Under the pieces are notes generated by a model. The model had not been told where the DNA came from and did not search any database. It worked only from the letters and a program-made list of their open reading frames with translations. A stretch of DNA of 64,000 bases from an uncultured Butyrivibrio sp. (GTDB taxonomy: Bacteria > Bacillota > Clostridia > Lachnospirales > Lachnospiraceae), in assembly GCA_947168935.1 (NCBI GenBank), contig CAMVNV010000002.1, positions 683 through 64,682 of the forward strand. Direction: 5' to 3'. The position numbers and the translations under genes were made by a program. Shown in pieces: positions 10,303 through 19,789 of the stretch (position 1 is its first letter; every line of letters begins with the position of its first letter).

Positions 10303-11361
10303 TTATATGAAGTTTTTATCGCGCCATATCTTTTGGGCAAGAGGAAGAATGTCTGAACTTAGATGACATTTATCCTGACAAAGGAAAGCGGAGTCGGTAT
10401 GCATGTCTTTATCTACCATCTGATCAAAGATGGACATAAAGACTACTCCGCACTTGCCACATTCTTCTTCGAGCCTTTTGTTAAAATATGCAGTAGCAGA
10501 ATTTCTTTGAACTTCACTTCCAACACTTATCAGTTCCTGATCGAACAGCCCTTCAGCTGCAAGAGCCTTAAGCTCATCTTCTTCAGAAGTATTATCAGGC
10601 ATGGAAGCTATAGGCCCCCAGCAGAAGGCTTTAAAACCTTTTGACTGAATGTCTTTTAAAAGCTCCATATAATTTGCAATGATGTCATCACATATTTCTT
10701 CATAAGTTCGTCCTTGATTTTCAACCTCTTTAAAGACGTGAGCTCTTATATCTATCTCTCCTAAAGCTACGCAGACCTTAGAACCTGGCTTTATGAAGCT
10801 GTCACAAAGGTAATTATATTTCTTATAGAAGTTATACTTGGAATCTTCTTTCATACAGTTATAGGCAAGGCATGGTCCAAGGTGAAGACATGTGAATTTA
10901 TAGTCTGTAATGTTGGGACACACATTTATGCCATCACCGATTGCTTTGAAAGTAAGCCCTTCATTACCACTAAAGAAATTGACATGAGAATCACCGATGA
11001 TAATGGCAGTATCATCTGCATAGTGAGTGATCTTCTCATGGTCAAAAGCAGACTTCCAGATTAAGGCTGATATGTGATCAAGCTCAGGGAGTGATAAGAT
11101 AAGTCCTTTTAACAGAATAAGACAGGAACTTACAGTATCAGCATTGCACAGACTCTTGGCAGATTCGCTTCGAAGGATATTGAACTGAGAGCGAATAGTT
11201 TCTATAAGGCTATTGTACTGATCGTTAGGATAGAGACTTTTCCTGTTATCAATTTCAAGCTCTATCATAAGCTGGGTATCCTGCCAGTCAAAGCCAGATA
11301 ATACGTCAGGCTTTTGGCTTGTTATCTCGATAAGCTTATCTATAAGTTCGATAGTAGTCAT
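10303..11361 (-). CDS. SGNH/GDSL-hydrolase-like protein (possible O-acetyl esterase or transferase)
   Basis: IIGDSH block I, LGEIDIRAH, C-terminal DKCH (DxxH). Confidence 0.7.
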   Translation of the reverse strand: MTTIELIDKLIEITSQKPDVLSGFDWQDTQLMIELEIDNRKSLYPNDQYNSLIETIRSQFNILRSESAKSLCNADTVSSCLILLKGLILSLPELDHISALIWKSAFDHEKITHYADDTAIIIGDSHVNFFSGNEGLTFKAIGDGINVCPNITDYKFTCLHLGPCLAYNCMKEDSKYNFYKKYNYLCDSFIKPGSKVCVALGEIDIRAHVFKEVENQGRTYEEICDDIIANYMELLKDIQSKGFKAFCWGPIASMPDNTSEEDELKALAAEGLFDQELISVGSEVQRNSATAYFNKRLEEECGKCGVVFMSIFDQMVDKDMHTDSAFLCQDKCHLSSDILPLAQKIWRDKNFI

Positions 11362-11362
11362 A

Positions 11363-12106
11363 TTATCCTTTCATAAAATCTCTTTTATAGATTCCTGCGA
11401 TGCCCTCTTTGATAACGCTACGCATTTCATCGTCTTTGGCATATACAAGTGCGATGGCACATGTCTCCATAAATGTTTGCTTTTTGTTGGTACAGGAGAT
11501 GCCTTTTATCCTGTAGTTAGAAACGGTGCTGTTAATATGATGGAACCTGACGCCATTAACATAGCACTTAAGAAGAAAGTCATAGTCACCGGCTATTTTG
11601 TAAGCCTCGTTATAAATTCCCTGCGTATTATAAGTATCTGCTGTTACAAAGCATGCCACATGTCCTAGATTTATAACACCGTAGGGAAGCCTTGAGAGGT
11701 CATCTCCGGCTATGTATTTTTCAACAATGTCGTCGCCTTGGATAAAATTGAGATCTCCATATAGAATCCCGCAATCAGGATTGTCCTGATGACTTTTCCA
11801 TACGGTATCAAGAGCGCCAGGCTCATAATAGTCGCCTCCGTTTATGATGCCTATTATTTCGCCGTGGCAGGCCAAAAGGCCCTTGTTAAGAGCATTATAG
11901 ATTCCACTATCTGGTTCTGAAACGAAGTAAGATATTCTATCTAAGTACTTTCTTATTATATCCACAGTACCATCAGTTGATCCGCCGTCGATGACTATAT
12001 ACTCTACATCGTCGTATGACTGATCGATAACACTTTTTATTGTCTTTTCGATATATTCAGCTTCGTTTTTGCATATTGTTATAACAGAGATCATATGAAA
12101 CCTCAT
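11363..12106 (-). CDS. GT2 glycosyltransferase (WcaE/WfgS-like)
   Basis: ISVITI, IDGGSTDGT, SEPDSGIYNALNKG, IAGDYDF. Confidence 0.92.
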   Translation of the reverse strand: MRFHMISVITICKNEAEYIEKTIKSVIDQSYDDVEYIVIDGGSTDGTVDIIRKYLDRISYFVSEPDSGIYNALNKGLLACHGEIIGIINGGDYYEPGALDTVWKSHQDNPDCGILYGDLNFIQGDDIVEKYIAGDDLSRLPYGVINLGHVACFVTADTYNTQGIYNEAYKIAGDYDFLLKCYVNGVRFHHINSTVSNYRIKGISCTNKKQTFMETCAIALVYAKDDEMRSVIKEGIAGIYKRDFMKG

Positions 12107-12227
12107 TATATGGGAAAAGAATCCTGACGATAATAATATACGGAATTAAGAATATTTTATCACAAATAAGTAACCCAAAAATAATACAGAAAAAAATTAT
12201 CACATAATAATTTTTATTCTATTTTTG

Positions 12228-12255
12228 TTAAGGATTTGATGATTTTGTCCGATAA
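12228..12255 (+). promoter_or_regulatory. Sigma28 (FliA/SigD) promoter of flaG-fliD-fliS
   Basis: TTAAG...TCCGATAA with TAAG-N15-TCCGATAA spacing. Confidence 0.75.
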
Positions 12256-12388
12256 ATGCAATAGAAGTAGGTACGTGTATATTTATGTCAAAAAATTAAC
12301 ACCCTTTATATCAAGCGAGGGATACCTTAGGGTATATAGAAAGCTTGTTAATATATGTACTAACAATTTTCAAACTTTAGATTATGAG

Positions 12389-12470
12389 TGGAAACAGGGA
12401 AGTTTCCATCGAAGCTGCTATCAAGGAAGCTAACTAAGCAGCTAGTAATCTGTCACACATGGAGGTGATA
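12389..12470 (+). promoter_or_regulatory. CsrA-type GGA hairpins in the flaG leader
   Basis: TGGAAAC-AGGGAA-GTTTCCA (12389-12408); TGTCAC-ACATGGAG-GTGATA overlapping the SD (12451-12470). Confidence 0.6.
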
Positions 12471-12474
12471 AATT

Positions 12475-12960
12475 ATGGCAATTAACTCAATCCAACAGAC
12501 CAATATTCTGCAGATACAGCAGATGCAGCAGGTTCAGCCTGTTCAGAAAGAAAGAGAAGGCGGTGTAGATACAGCAGGTAATGCTGCAGATCAGCTTGCT
12601 CAGGAAGTAGAAACTGTAAAGCAGACAACTAATGTTGCGCCTTATAGTCAGGAAGATGGCTATGATGACAGCCAGAATCAAGAAAATGCATCACAGCTTC
12701 AGCATGCGCTCGAAGTTGCCGATGAACAAAATGAAAAGAATAATGAGAAGATCAGTAAAGCAATAGCTAACATCAATCAGAAGATGACAGCTAATACTGA
12801 AGCCGTGTTCGGATTCCATGATAAGACTAATCGTGTAACTATCAAGATCGTTGATAAGGACACCAAGAAAGTTGTAAAGGAATTTCCGCCGGAAAAGACT
12901 CTTGATATGATTGCAAAGGCATGGGAACTTGCAGGTATCATGGTCGATGAAAGAAAATAA
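12475..12960 (+). CDS. flaG: Flagellar protein FlaG
   Basis: C-terminal FGFHDKTNRVTIKIVDKDT..VVKEFPPEKTLDM...GIMVDE; lies before fliD. Confidence 0.93.
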   Translation: MAINSIQQTNILQIQQMQQVQPVQKEREGGVDTAGNAADQLAQEVETVKQTTNVAPYSQEDGYDDSQNQENASQLQHALEVADEQNEKNNEKISKAIANINQKMTANTEAVFGFHDKTNRVTIKIVDKDTKKVVKEFPPEKTLDMIAKAWELAGIMVDERK

Positions 12961-12996
12961 TTCTCTCATAAAGGTAGTACAATCCCAGGTTTTTAT

Positions 12997-13016
12997 GGAT
13001 GAAAAGGAGTTCATCC
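12997..13016 (+). promoter_or_regulatory. CsrA-type hairpin upstream of fliD
   Basis: GGATGAA-AAGGAG-TTCATCC, an ANGGAN hexaloop. Confidence 0.55.
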
Positions 13017-13030
13017 GGGAATGAGGTATT

Positions 13031-14569
13031 ATGACTAACAGGATTACAGGCTTGAATTCCGGCCTAGATACGGAATCTTTGATAACTGCATTAACACAAA
13101 ATTATAAAAACAGAGTCGATAAAAATACAGGTGGACAGACAAGGCTTTCCTGGAAACAGGATATTTGGAAGAGCACCAACAAAAATATAGTATCTTTTTA
13201 TAACGGCAAACTTGCAGATATGCGCTTTTCAACAGCCTTTAATAAAAAGACTACTAAATCTTCAAGTAATGCAGTATCTATTGTTACCGGCGAAAACGCA
13301 ATGGTATCATCATCAACAGTAAGTAAGACAAGCCTTGCTAAGGCATCTTATCTTACTGGAAATAAGATCTATAAAGCTGGTAGTACCACTGAAACAGCAT
13401 CAAGCGATACTAAGATGTCAGAGCTTGGAATAACAGAAGAAACAACCCTATCCTTTAAGATGGGTAAAGATGGTGCAGAAACTCTTAGTGTAACTATTGG
13501 GCCTGATGAAAGTATGAGTGATCTTGTTTCAAAGCTCAATTCTGAAGCAACTGACAGCGGCCTTGGACTTACAGCTAACTTTGATGCTAAGCAGGGAAGA
13601 CTGTATATAGCTTCTGAAAAGACCGGCGAAGAGAATGCATTTACAGTTGATACAAGCACAAGTGCAGCAGCACTGTCCATACTTGGAATTAACACAGATG
13701 AGCTTGAACAGGCATCTCAGTACCAGGAAGCATCAGATGCTGAACTTGTTATGAACGGCGTATCATACACATCAGCTTCCAACACCTTTGAGATCAATGG
13801 CCTTTCTATTACAGTAAACTCATCAACAGAAGATGAATTTACTATTACAACAAGTAATGACTCTAGCGGCGTATATGATATGGTCAAGGAATATCTATCT
13901 GAGTATAATTCCCTGATCCAGAAGCTTGATACACTGTATAATGCTGATAAGGCAGATAAGTATGATATCCTCACATCTGATCAGAAGGATGAGATGACAG
14001 ATGATGAAATATCTGACTGGAATACTAAGATCAAATCAGGACTTCTTGCTAAAGACAGCACCTTGTACAATGTAATCCAGGCTCTTAAGGAAGCTATGCA
14101 AGGAACCTACTCAGTAACAGATTCAAAAGGTAACACTACTTCATGGTCTCTTGCAACACTTGGAATCAATACAAAAGGATACTTTGAAGCTGAAGAGAAT
14201 GAGCGCGGATGCTATCATATCGACGGCGATGAAGATGATGACTATTCAAAGGCCAATGCAGATAAGCTTGCTTCAGCAATAGCAAGTGATCCTGATGCAG
14301 TAGCCAGCTTCTTCAACCAGCTTTCAAGAGAAGTATATAGTAAGCTTGGCGATCTTATGAAGGGAACTTCATATTCAAGTGCATATACTATTTATGAAGA
14401 TAAGCTCATGGCATCACAGTATAGTGACTACAACACTAAGATTTCAAAGGCAGAACAGGATCTTGAGAAAAAGCAGGATTATTACTACAGCAAGTTTGCA
14501 GCAATGGAAAAAGCTCTTTCCAAGATCAATTCCAGTTCTTCTTCACTAGGAAGCATGCTTGGATCATGA
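13031..14569 (+). CDS. fliD: Flagellar filament cap protein FliD
   Basis: RITGLNSGLDTESLI, SNTFEINGLSIT, YYSKFAAMEKALSKINS. Confidence 0.95.
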   Translation: MTNRITGLNSGLDTESLITALTQNYKNRVDKNTGGQTRLSWKQDIWKSTNKNIVSFYNGKLADMRFSTAFNKKTTKSSSNAVSIVTGENAMVSSSTVSKTSLAKASYLTGNKIYKAGSTTETASSDTKMSELGITEETTLSFKMGKDGAETLSVTIGPDESMSDLVSKLNSEATDSGLGLTANFDAKQGRLYIASEKTGEENAFTVDTSTSAAALSILGINTDELEQASQYQEASDAELVMNGVSYTSASNTFEINGLSITVNSSTEDEFTITTSNDSSGVYDMVKEYLSEYNSLIQKLDTLYNADKADKYDILTSDQKDEMTDDEISDWNTKIKSGLLAKDSTLYNVIQALKEAMQGTYSVTDSKGNTTSWSLATLGINTKGYFEAEENERGCYHIDGDEDDDYSKANADKLASAIASDPDAVASFFNQLSREVYSKLGDLMKGTSYSSAYTIYEDKLMASQYSDYNTKISKAEQDLEKKQDYYYSKFAAMEKALSKINSSSSSLGSMLGS

Positions 14570-14638
14570 CTAAAGCTGCTTGGCATAGTTAAAAGGAGAC
14601 TACGTTTTTAGAATAAAGCGACCGGCAGGAGGTTAAGT

Positions 14639-15055
14639 GTGAATAAGGCGAATCCATATGCGCAGTATGCTAATAATAAAGTAATGTCAGCTTCCGGTCC
14701 TGAGCTTACACTCATGCTCTATGAAGGTGCGATCAAATTCTGTAACAGAGCAGAAGCCGCTGTTGAGAAAAAAGATATTGAAGGCGCTCATGTAAATATC
14801 CGTAAAGTACAGAACATCATTGCATATCTTCGTGAGACTCTGAATATGAAATATGCTACAGCTCAGGATTTTGAAAACATTTATTCATATCTTGACAGAA
14901 GACTTGTCGAAGCTAATGTCAGCAAGGATATTGAGATCCTTAAGGAGATCAATAAACATCTTCATTCTGTCAGAGACACATGGATTGGCGTTATGAAGGC
15001 TAATAATGTTCCTGTTCCTAACAGCTACATGAATCATTCAGAGCCGGCAGTATAA
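14639..15055 (+). CDS. fliS: Flagellin export chaperone FliS
   Basis: AQYANNKVMSASGPELTLMLYEGAIKF, LRETLN, VRDTW. Confidence 0.95.
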   Translation: MNKANPYAQYANNKVMSASGPELTLMLYEGAIKFCNRAEAAVEKKDIEGAHVNIRKVQNIIAYLRETLNMKYATAQDFENIYSYLDRRLVEANVSKDIEILKEINKHLHSVRDTWIGVMKANNVPVPNSYMNHSEPAV

Positions 15056-15143
15056 GTACATAGAAGTACATCCATGTACTTCTAAACATGTACAAGATAC
15101 ATCCTGTATCCGTACATAGAAATACATCCATGTATTTCAAAAC
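15056..15143 (-). ncRNA. Candidate CsrA-binding small RNA (three GGA-loop hairpins), or a REP-like repeat
   Basis: Minus-strand hairpins GAAAUAC-AUGGAU-GUAUUUC, GAUAC-AGGAU-GUAUC and UAGAAGUAC-AUGGAU-GUACUUCUA. Transcription is not demonstrated. Confidence 0.45.
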
Positions 15144-15158
15144 AAAATATGTTTTATT

Positions 15159-15186
15159 ATCGAGCAGGTTTTAAGACCTGCTCGAT
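15159..15186. terminator. Hairpin after fliS (terminator-like)
   Basis: ATCGAGCAGGT-TTTAAG-ACCTGCTCGAT followed by a T-rich tail. Confidence 0.65.
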
Positions 15187-15215
15187 TTATATCATGAAAC
15201 CTTGACAGTACGGTT

Positions 15216-15244
15216 TTGAGACTAGATGAGCAACATGATATAAT
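15216..15244 (+). promoter_or_regulatory. Sigma-A promoter of the neuB operon
   Basis: TTGAGA-N17-TATAAT with extended TGn. Confidence 0.7.
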
Positions 15245-15318
15245 TGATATGTATATGAAATAGCGTACATTCCATAACGATAATTGGCTACATTAAGAAG
15301 CTCATTTGGGAGGGCGCC

Positions 15319-16326
15319 ATGTTTGATAAGTCCAGATGCTATATCATTGCTGAAGCGGGAGTTAATCATAATGGTAAGCTTGATCTTGCTCTGAAACTAT
15401 GTGATGCAGCACTTCATAGCGGAGCTGATGCTGTTAAATTTCAAACCTGGAAGACAGAGAATATCATCACAAGAAATGTAGAACAGGCCCAGTATCAGAT
15501 TGAAAATACAGGGGTTACCGAGTCTCAGTTTGATATGCTCAAAAAGATAGAACTTCCATATGATGATTTTGTTAAGATCAAAGAGCACTGCGATAAGATA
15601 GGAATAACATTCATATCTACAGCAGATGATTCTGAAAGCCTTGATTTTCTTATAGGGCTTGGAATTCCTTTTATTAAAATAGGATCAGGTGATATTGGTA
15701 ACGTATCGTATCTAAGAGAAATTGGATCAAAAAAATTGCCTGTATTACTTAGTACAGGAATGAGTAATCTTGGAGATATTGATATATCGCTAAGGGCACT
15801 TAAAGAGGGAGGCGCATCGGACATAACCCTTCTTCACTGCACTACAAGCTATCCATGTCCCCATGATAAAGTTAACCTTAAAGCCATGAACACGTTAAGA
15901 GAAGCCTTTCATCTACCTGTTGGATATTCAGACCATACGATAGGACCTGAAGCAGCTATTGCTGCAGTTACGATGGGTGCCTGTGTAATAGAAAAGCACT
16001 TCACTCTTGACTGTCAGATGGAAGGCCCTGACCACCTTGCAAGTACAGAACCAGGCCCTTTCAAAGATATGGTTGAAAGTATCAGAAAGACAGAAGTACT
16101 TCTTGGAGATGGCATCAAAGAACCAACACCTGAAGAAAAAGAGATATCCAAAGTAGTCACCAAAAGAGTTGTGGCTCTTACAAATATATCAGAGGGAGAA
16201 GTATTCACAGAATCCAATATATGCGTTAAGCGTAATGATATTGGAACCCTTGCAAGATACTATGACCAGGTAATTGGAAGAAAAGCTCTAAAAAGCTATG
16301 TACCTGATGAAGGAATAGAGATCTAA
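15319..16326 (+). CDS. neuB: Nonulosonic acid synthase (NeuB/LegI family)
   Basis: IIAEAGVNHNG, AVKFQT, LSTGMS, LHCTTSYP, GYSDHT, IEKHFTLD, C-terminal SAF domain. Confidence 0.95.
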   Translation: MFDKSRCYIIAEAGVNHNGKLDLALKLCDAALHSGADAVKFQTWKTENIITRNVEQAQYQIENTGVTESQFDMLKKIELPYDDFVKIKEHCDKIGITFISTADDSESLDFLIGLGIPFIKIGSGDIGNVSYLREIGSKKLPVLLSTGMSNLGDIDISLRALKEGGASDITLLHCTTSYPCPHDKVNLKAMNTLREAFHLPVGYSDHTIGPEAAIAAVTMGACVIEKHFTLDCQMEGPDHLASTEPGPFKDMVESIRKTEVLLGDGIKEPTPEEKEISKVVTKRVVALTNISEGEVFTESNICVKRNDIGTLARYYDQVIGRKALKSYVPDEGIEI

Positions 16327-16373
16327 TAGAAATTTCCAGATAGTTAGAAGTAAATGTTCGGATGAGGAATGTC

Positions 16374-17471
16374 ATGAAAAAGCTTTGCTTTATTACTGCT
16401 GCCAGATCTGAATATGGAATCCTTAGATGGATAATGCAGGATGTCAAAGATTCTGCATATTTTGACATGCAATTAATTGTAACAGGAGGACACCTGTTAG
16501 AAAGTCAAGGCCATACAGTAGATCAGATACTTGAAGATGGTTTTAAGCCGGATATTCTTATTCCGGTAAAAGAGCGAAACGGCAAGGTATACTCTCTTTC
16601 CCATGAATGCGGCGAGCTTATGTCGAAGATATCAGATGCACTTGAAAAACTTCGCCCTGACTATGTAGTAGTACTTGGTGACAGATATGAGCTTCTTCCA
16701 ATTTGCAGCGCAGCATTTATCATGAATATTCCCATAATACATATATCAGGCGGTGATGTCACCAAAGGAGCTATGGATGATGCTGTAAGAAACGCTGTCA
16801 CAATGCTTGCAACTTACCACTTCCCGGGAACGTTGGAAAGCGCTACAAACATAATCAGAATGCGGAGATCTTACGAAAATGTCTATAGTGTTGGAGAGCC
16901 TGGGCTTGATCATTTTGTAAGAAATAAGCTTATGACAAGGCAGGAACTTGCGGATGATCTTAAGCTCGATCCTGACACTAAGTGGATACTGATGACCTAC
17001 CATGCTCAGACTGATCATGACATTTCTATAGATCTTGAAATAGTATCTAATACCCTTGATATTTTGCATACACTAGATGGTGTAAGCGTTGTTGCAACTT
17101 ATGCAAATCTTGACCCTGGAGGAGATAAGATCAACAGACTCCTTGAAGAAGATAAAAAGATAAGAACGGTTCCGTCTCTTGGCAGCAGGCGATATCTAAG
17201 CTTTATGAAGGAAGCTTCTTTTGTCATAGGTAACTCTTCAAGCGGAATAGTTGAAGCTCCTTACCTTAAGATACCTGTTGTTAATATAGGCGACAGACAA
17301 AAGGGGCGACATATGTGCGATAACATAGTTCAGTCTGATGGAAGCATTAAGTCGCTTAAAGATGCCATACAAAAAGCCATAAATCTTGATACCTCATCCA
17401 TGGACTGCTCATATTATGGAGACGGACATACAAGCGAAAAGATAGTCAGTATATTATCTAAAGTCCTGTAA
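16374..17471 (+). CDS. neuC: Hydrolysing NDP-sugar 2-epimerase (NeuC/LegG)
   Basis: TAARSEYG, LGDRYE, HISGG, GNSSSGIVEAP, NIGDRQKGR, YGDG. Confidence 0.93.
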   Translation: MKKLCFITAARSEYGILRWIMQDVKDSAYFDMQLIVTGGHLLESQGHTVDQILEDGFKPDILIPVKERNGKVYSLSHECGELMSKISDALEKLRPDYVVVLGDRYELLPICSAAFIMNIPIIHISGGDVTKGAMDDAVRNAVTMLATYHFPGTLESATNIIRMRRSYENVYSVGEPGLDHFVRNKLMTRQELADDLKLDPDTKWILMTYHAQTDHDISIDLEIVSNTLDILHTLDGVSVVATYANLDPGGDKINRLLEEDKKIRTVPSLGSRRYLSFMKEASFVIGNSSSGIVEAPYLKIPVVNIGDRQKGRHMCDNIVQSDGSIKSLKDAIQKAINLDTSSMDCSYYGDGHTSEKIVSILSKVL

Positions 17472-17525
17472 AGCATGTATGGATAGCATATTAAACTGGA
17501 ATATCGTGGTCATATAGAGGAAAAG

Positions 17526-18668
17526 GTGAATATGACAAGGAACTCCATTTCGGATAGTCCTAAGATCATAGGTGGTGAATTTGCGATAGCTCCTGATGTT
17601 TTGAAAGGGGCTTTAGATGCGTGCGGCCGTTTGGATAAGACACCTTTTTCAAAAGCTGCTGCCGCGTCTTTGGATGATCTTTATGATAACGTAATGTTTT
17701 TTTCAAGCGCCAGGGCAGCTTTATATGCGGCTCTTTGCGTTGAGAAGACAGAAGCGAAACTTCATGTATATCTTCCTGATTATCTGTGTAGTAGCGTTAT
17801 TGATGCAGTTAATGATGCAGGACTATCTTACAGCTTTTACCACATAGAAGATGATCTTTATCCGGATATGGACAGTCTTTTTGATTCTATTTATGTAAAA
17901 AAAGAATCTGCCAAAAATGCAGTTATTCTCATTAACTATTTTGGCCTGCTAGACCTTGAAAAGACTATAAAAGAGATTAGGAAAAAGGCTCCTACAAACC
18001 TAATAATGCTTGATGATGTACAAAACTATTATGGGTTTGGAACAGAGCCTGATTATGACTATGCCTTCACCAGCCTTCGAAAATGGTTTCCCATTCCTGA
18101 TGGAGGACTACTCAAGATTGCTGATTCTATGATGCAAAGCGGGACAGGAACAAGAATCCGGAATATCTATGATTCCATGAAAGACAATAACCTTTTTGTC
18201 TCCTATAAGCTTTCTGGTAATGTTCTGAAAAGCTATAGAGGCGTTATAGATGACAGTATATGTCTAGAACTTATAGAAAAAGGCGAAGAGCTTCTTGATA
18301 AAAACTATAAATGCCCAATATCAGATATTTCATATGAGTTTTTTTATTCATATATTTTTAAAGAGCAGGAAAGAGCTTCTAATAAGCGAAAAGACAACGC
18401 AAGAATCCTTCACGAAGGGCTTGAGAAGCTTTCGATAAAGCATATTTATAACGATTCAAAGGTACCTCTTTTTATACCTGTTTTTTTAGATTCCAATAAG
18501 AGAGATGTGATCAGAAAGAAAATGTTTGATAATAACATCTTTTGTCCTGTTCATTGGAAGAATAGTAACTTGCTGCCCAATAATCTGTACGATATGGAAC
18601 TATCACTTATATGTGATCAAAGATATGATCAGGAAGATATGACCAAGATTCTTAAGATCCTTTCGTAA
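17526..18668 (+). CDS. Divergent PLP-dependent DegT/DnrJ-like enzyme
   Basis: SARAAL, LPDYLCSSV, INYFG, DDVQ, SLRKWFPIPDGG (PLP Lys), R..N, PVHW, LSL.CDQRY. Confidence 0.75.
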   Translation: MNMTRNSISDSPKIIGGEFAIAPDVLKGALDACGRLDKTPFSKAAAASLDDLYDNVMFFSSARAALYAALCVEKTEAKLHVYLPDYLCSSVIDAVNDAGLSYSFYHIEDDLYPDMDSLFDSIYVKKESAKNAVILINYFGLLDLEKTIKEIRKKAPTNLIMLDDVQNYYGFGTEPDYDYAFTSLRKWFPIPDGGLLKIADSMMQSGTGTRIRNIYDSMKDNNLFVSYKLSGNVLKSYRGVIDDSICLELIEKGEELLDKNYKCPISDISYEFFYSYIFKEQERASNKRKDNARILHEGLEKLSIKHIYNDSKVPLFIPVFLDSNKRDVIRKKMFDNNIFCPVHWKNSNLLPNNLYDMELSLICDQRYDQEDMTKILKILS

Positions 18669-18751
18669 GAAGCCAATATAGCTTTGGTGGTAGATCTGAA
18701 TTAGATATTAGTTTCTGCCCAATATCACCAGTTCTCGCTTAGAGGAATCAA

Positions 18752-19774
18752 ATGAATGTGATAATAACTGATAAATGGAATACATATCTCGAGCTTTTTA
18801 AGGACTTTCAAAAAGATGTCTACTTTTTGGAAGAATACGTAAAGCTCTATGAAACAGATGATGCTAAAGCCCAGTGCATAGTATGCTCTGAAGATGGTAA
18901 CATCCTTCTTATGCCCTTTTTAAGAGGTGAGATAGAAGGCTACTACGACTTTGAAACCCAGTACGGATATGGAGGACCAATATCCAATACAGATGATCAG
19001 GAATGGATAGATTTTAGCCTATCAGCAATTAAAGACTATTTTAGAGACAATAGATATATATGCGGATTTATAAGATTTCACCCACTGATAAATAACGCAT
19101 TTTTTTGCCAAAACAAAATGAACGTCATAAACGACAGAAATACTGTTGCGATAATCACAAGTGGAAGCAGCGAAGAAATCTGGGCTACCCAGATATCATC
19201 AAAGAACAGGAACATGATCAGAAAGGCACAAAAGAATGGCCTTGTTTATAAAGCAGAACATGATTTTGAATCTTTTCCTGAATTTATAGAACTGTATAAC
19301 TCAACAATGAAGCGCATTGGTGCGGATAATTTCTACTTTTTTGATGATGAATATTATAAAAGATTTAGAGACAGCTTAAGTGAACATGCTTTTCTAGGCA
19401 CTGTGAGGCATAATGGCAAGCTTATATGTTCCGCGATTTTCATGTATCAGGGCGATTACGGACATTATCATCTCGAAGGCAGTAACCATGAATATAAAAG
19501 CCTTGGAGCCAATAACCTCCTTTTGTGGGAAAGCGCCTGCCATATGCACGAACTTGGAGTTAAAAAGCTTCACCTTGGAGGAGGTAATTCTTCATCGCCT
19601 GAAGACCCATTATTTAAATTTAAAAAAGCTTTTTCTGACAACCTTGAACAGTTTGCTATCGGTAAGGAAATTTACAACCAGGAATTATACGATGATATCT
19701 GCAGAAGATGGGAAGAAAGTAATCCTGATAAGATATCTGTTTTTGGAAACAGGCTTCTAAAATACAGGTACTAG
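18752..19774 (+). CDS. FemAB-like GNAT acyl/aminoacyl transferase
   Basis: TQYGYGGP, FIRFHPL, NRNMIRKAQK, YHLEGS, HLGGG, LFKFKKAF. Confidence 0.85.
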   Translation: MNVIITDKWNTYLELFKDFQKDVYFLEEYVKLYETDDAKAQCIVCSEDGNILLMPFLRGEIEGYYDFETQYGYGGPISNTDDQEWIDFSLSAIKDYFRDNRYICGFIRFHPLINNAFFCQNKMNVINDRNTVAIITSGSSEEIWATQISSKNRNMIRKAQKNGLVYKAEHDFESFPEFIELYNSTMKRIGADNFYFFDDEYYKRFRDSLSEHAFLGTVRHNGKLICSAIFMYQGDYGHYHLEGSNHEYKSLGANNLLLWESACHMHELGVKKLHLGGGNSSSPEDPLFKFKKAFSDNLEQFAIGKEIYNQELYDDICRRWEESNPDKISVFGNRLLKYRY

Positions 19775-19789
19775 AAGATTGAGGTTGAT

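Noticed and set aside
10179-10340. N-terminal 54 aa of the 522-aa ORF
   Set aside because: Overlaps the upstream gene and reads as AT-rich intergenic DNA; a good RBS precedes ATG 10178.
15056-15143. Mini CRISPR array
   Set aside because: Palindromic units are adjacent, with no unique 30-40 bp spacers and no cas genes.
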